Shown here piece after piece: positions 15,800-17,624 of a DNA stretch of 17,624 nucleotides; the first letter of the stretch is position 1, and each line of letters opens with the position of its first letter. A program made the translations under genes and the position numbers. The notes below the pieces were generated by a model. That model ran no database searches and was not told where the DNA came from. It saw nothing but the letters and a program-made list of their open reading frames with translations. This DNA comes from a virus (lineage: Duplodnaviria; Heunggongvirae; Uroviricota; Caudoviricetes), in the IMG/VR virus record IMGVR_UViG_3300031566_000011, positions 1 to 17,624 of that record. One strand, 5' to 3'.

Positions 15800-16936
15800 A
15801 TGACAAAGGTTACAAAAGATATTAGGAACATAGACAAACTTAAGTCTTTAAAAGATAAAATTATTTATCAGGGATTTGATTTAAAATATACAGATAAAAA
15901 CAATGAGAATGATAAATACTTTACATTTAGTGGATATGCATCTACTGATAAATTAGATTATCAAGGAGACATTGTTGTTCAAGAAACTTGGGAAAAGAAT
16001 GGTTATATAGGAGAAGAATTTCCAGTTTTATGGAATCATAGAAAATTTGAAGGTGATTATCCATTAGGATTAATAAAATTAGTGCGTGTTGATGATAAAG
16101 GACTATTTGTTGAAGCTAAACTTCCAAGAGCAGATGCTCGTGTTAGAGATATTATTATTCCTCAAATAGAAATTGGAAGTATTAAAAAAATGTCTATTGG
16201 AGGTTATGCACGAGATGGAGAATACGATGAAGTTCACGATATTTTTTATATTACAGATTTTGAATTAATGGAAATATCTCTTGTTATCTTTCCTGCCAAT
16301 GATGAGGCTTTAATAACATCTTTCAAAAGTAATGTTATGCAATTACAAGATTATTCATTTGCGGAAGACGATACTGAATGGGATAGCCAAGAAGCAGACA
16401 AGCGATGGAGAGAATATACTAATTCTCAAGATAAACCATCCGATGAATATAAAAAAGGATTTTTATACTACGATAAAGAAAATAAAGACAATTTTACTGC
16501 TTATAAGTTTTTAATTGTAGATGTAATAGATAACGAACCAAAAATTATTCAAAAAGCTATTATGACTTCGGTTTCATATATAAATAAAACATATAATAAG
16601 TCAGATATTCCATACAAAGAAACAGAAAAGATAAAAAAACTATTATCTAAATATCATAAGTTAATGGATATAGAATCACCAGAATTTAAAAAGTATAATA
16701 ATGTATCTGAGTATTACGAAGATAATGTTAAAATAATTACAGATATTTCTGATATTTTAAAAGATAAAGGTTTTAGTAATAAGGAATCTAATATTTTTAT
16801 TTCTAAATTTAAACAAATTATTAATGAAGAAATTTCTCGAAAAGAGAAAAAGATAGTTGATAATGAGGATAAAAAAAGTCGAAACGATAATGAATTTTGG
16901 AATAAAGCAATGGAATCATTAACTAAAAATAAATAA
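15800..16936 (+). CDS. HK97-family prohead protease with ~200-aa C-terminal extension
   Basis: FSGYAST..LD.QGDIV, VLWNH, GL.V.A.L, MSIGG, LMEISLV.FPAN.EA. Confidence 0.92.
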   Translation: MTKVTKDIRNIDKLKSLKDKIIYQGFDLKYTDKNNENDKYFTFSGYASTDKLDYQGDIVVQETWEKNGYIGEEFPVLWNHRKFEGDYPLGLIKLVRVDDKGLFVEAKLPRADARVRDIIIPQIEIGSIKKMSIGGYARDGEYDEVHDIFYITDFELMEISLVIFPANDEALITSFKSNVMQLQDYSFAEDDTEWDSQEADKRWREYTNSQDKPSDEYKKGFLYYDKENKDNFTAYKFLIVDVIDNEPKIIQKAIMTSVSYINKTYNKSDIPYKETEKIKKLLSKYHKLMDIESPEFKKYNNVSEYYEDNVKIITDISDILKDKGFSNKESNIFISKFKQIINEEISRKEKKIVDNEDKKSRNDNEFWNKAMESLTKNK

Positions 16937-16967
16937 AAGCTAAAAAGCTAATCACAAGGAGATAATA

Positions 16968-17624
16968 ATGGGCGATAAAAATGCAACACCAGAAGAAGTT
17001 TTAGAGATATTAAAATCTGAAATGAAAACTGATTATCAATTAGAGTTAAAGAAAACTGCTGATGAAATTAAACAAGAAATGGCTGAGTTTAGAAAATCTC
17101 ATTCAAATGGAAGAACAAATGAAGAGATAGATAAAGAATTTAATTTAAAAATGGATGAGATGGAAGCTAAATATGCATCTATAAATACAAAAATTGAAGA
17201 ACAAGCATCTTTTAGAGAAAAATTAGAAAAAATGGAAGGGCAAATAGATAACATTGAAGCTAATAGTGCTAGAATGAAAGTTAAAGATGAGGAGAAGGCA
17301 ACACAATCTAGGTATAAAAAAGACGCTTTTAAATTTTTGTTAAATAATGCACAAAAGAAATTTAATGAAAACGATAAATTAGAAAGTATCAAATCTCTAA
17401 GATCTAATGTAGCTGAGCAGGGTGGTTTGGTTTTAAGAGAAAGAGAAGCAATGATGCTAACACAACTTCCTAATATTTCTGATTTTTTAAATAATGTTGG
17501 CATGATTACTGGCGAAGAAAAATTTTTTCCAGTGATAATCAGTATGGTTAATTCAAATACTGCTGGTGTAGGCGAAAAAGGAACAACTGGTAATTTCCCA
17601 GGAAATAACTTTAAATCTGAAAAT
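16968..17624 (+). CDS. Major capsid protein, HK97 family (partial, runs off the window; absent from the ORF track)
   Basis: RBS GGAG, ATG 16968, open for 219 codons. Coiled-coil delta-like N-terminus followed by SLRSNVAEQGGLVL, typical of the start of the mature HK97 fold. Confidence 0.85.
   Translation, partial: MGDKNATPEEVLEILKSEMKTDYQLELKKTADEIKQEMAEFRKSHSNGRTNEEIDKEFNLKMDEMEAKYASINTKIEEQASFREKLEKMEGQIDNIEANSARMKVKDEEKATQSRYKKDAFKFLLNNAQKKFNENDKLESIKSLRSNVAEQGGLVLREREAMMLTQLPNISDFLNNVGMITGEEKFFPVIISMVNSNTAGVGEKGTTGNFPGNNFKSEN

Larger units (their letters stand above)
1..17624. mobile_element. Tailed phage/prophage genome segment (Caudoviricetes, HK97-type head module)
   Basis: terS-terL-portal-protease-capsid in canonical order at 12111-17624, preceded by methyltransferases and small early-type ORFs. 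No integrase or att site in the window, so free phage versus prophage cannot be decided. Confidence 0.95.

Noticed and set aside
11558-17503. ORFs 11558-11863 (+), 16332-16514 (+) and 17099-17503 (-)
   Set aside because: They overlap well-supported genes (MTase, protease, capsid) in another frame or strand.

Overview
This is a very AT-rich (roughly 25% GC by eye) segment of a tailed phage or prophage genome, with no host chromosomal genes intact. Left part (1-7200), early/accessory region: three tandem paralogous genes built from 63-bp (21-aa) leucine-rich repeats, several small hypothetical genes, a Cys-rich repeat protein, a duplicated ~229-bp promoter module, and tandem DNA arrays of 19, 28, 52 and 20 bp. 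Middle part: a truncated fragment of a glutamine-dependent NAD synthetase (nadE), a ~750-bp hairpin-rich non-coding stretch, then a 3.4-kb cassette (two orphan N6-adenine methyltransferases, a MORN-repeat protein, a small hypothetical gene) bracketed by ~232-bp near-perfect inverted repeats. Right part (12111-end), head module: terS, a structured intergenic leader with a terminator, terL, HK97-type portal, prohead protease with a C-terminal extension, and the start of an HK97-type major capsid protein. Product calls rest on motif recognition only; no searches or folding computations were run.
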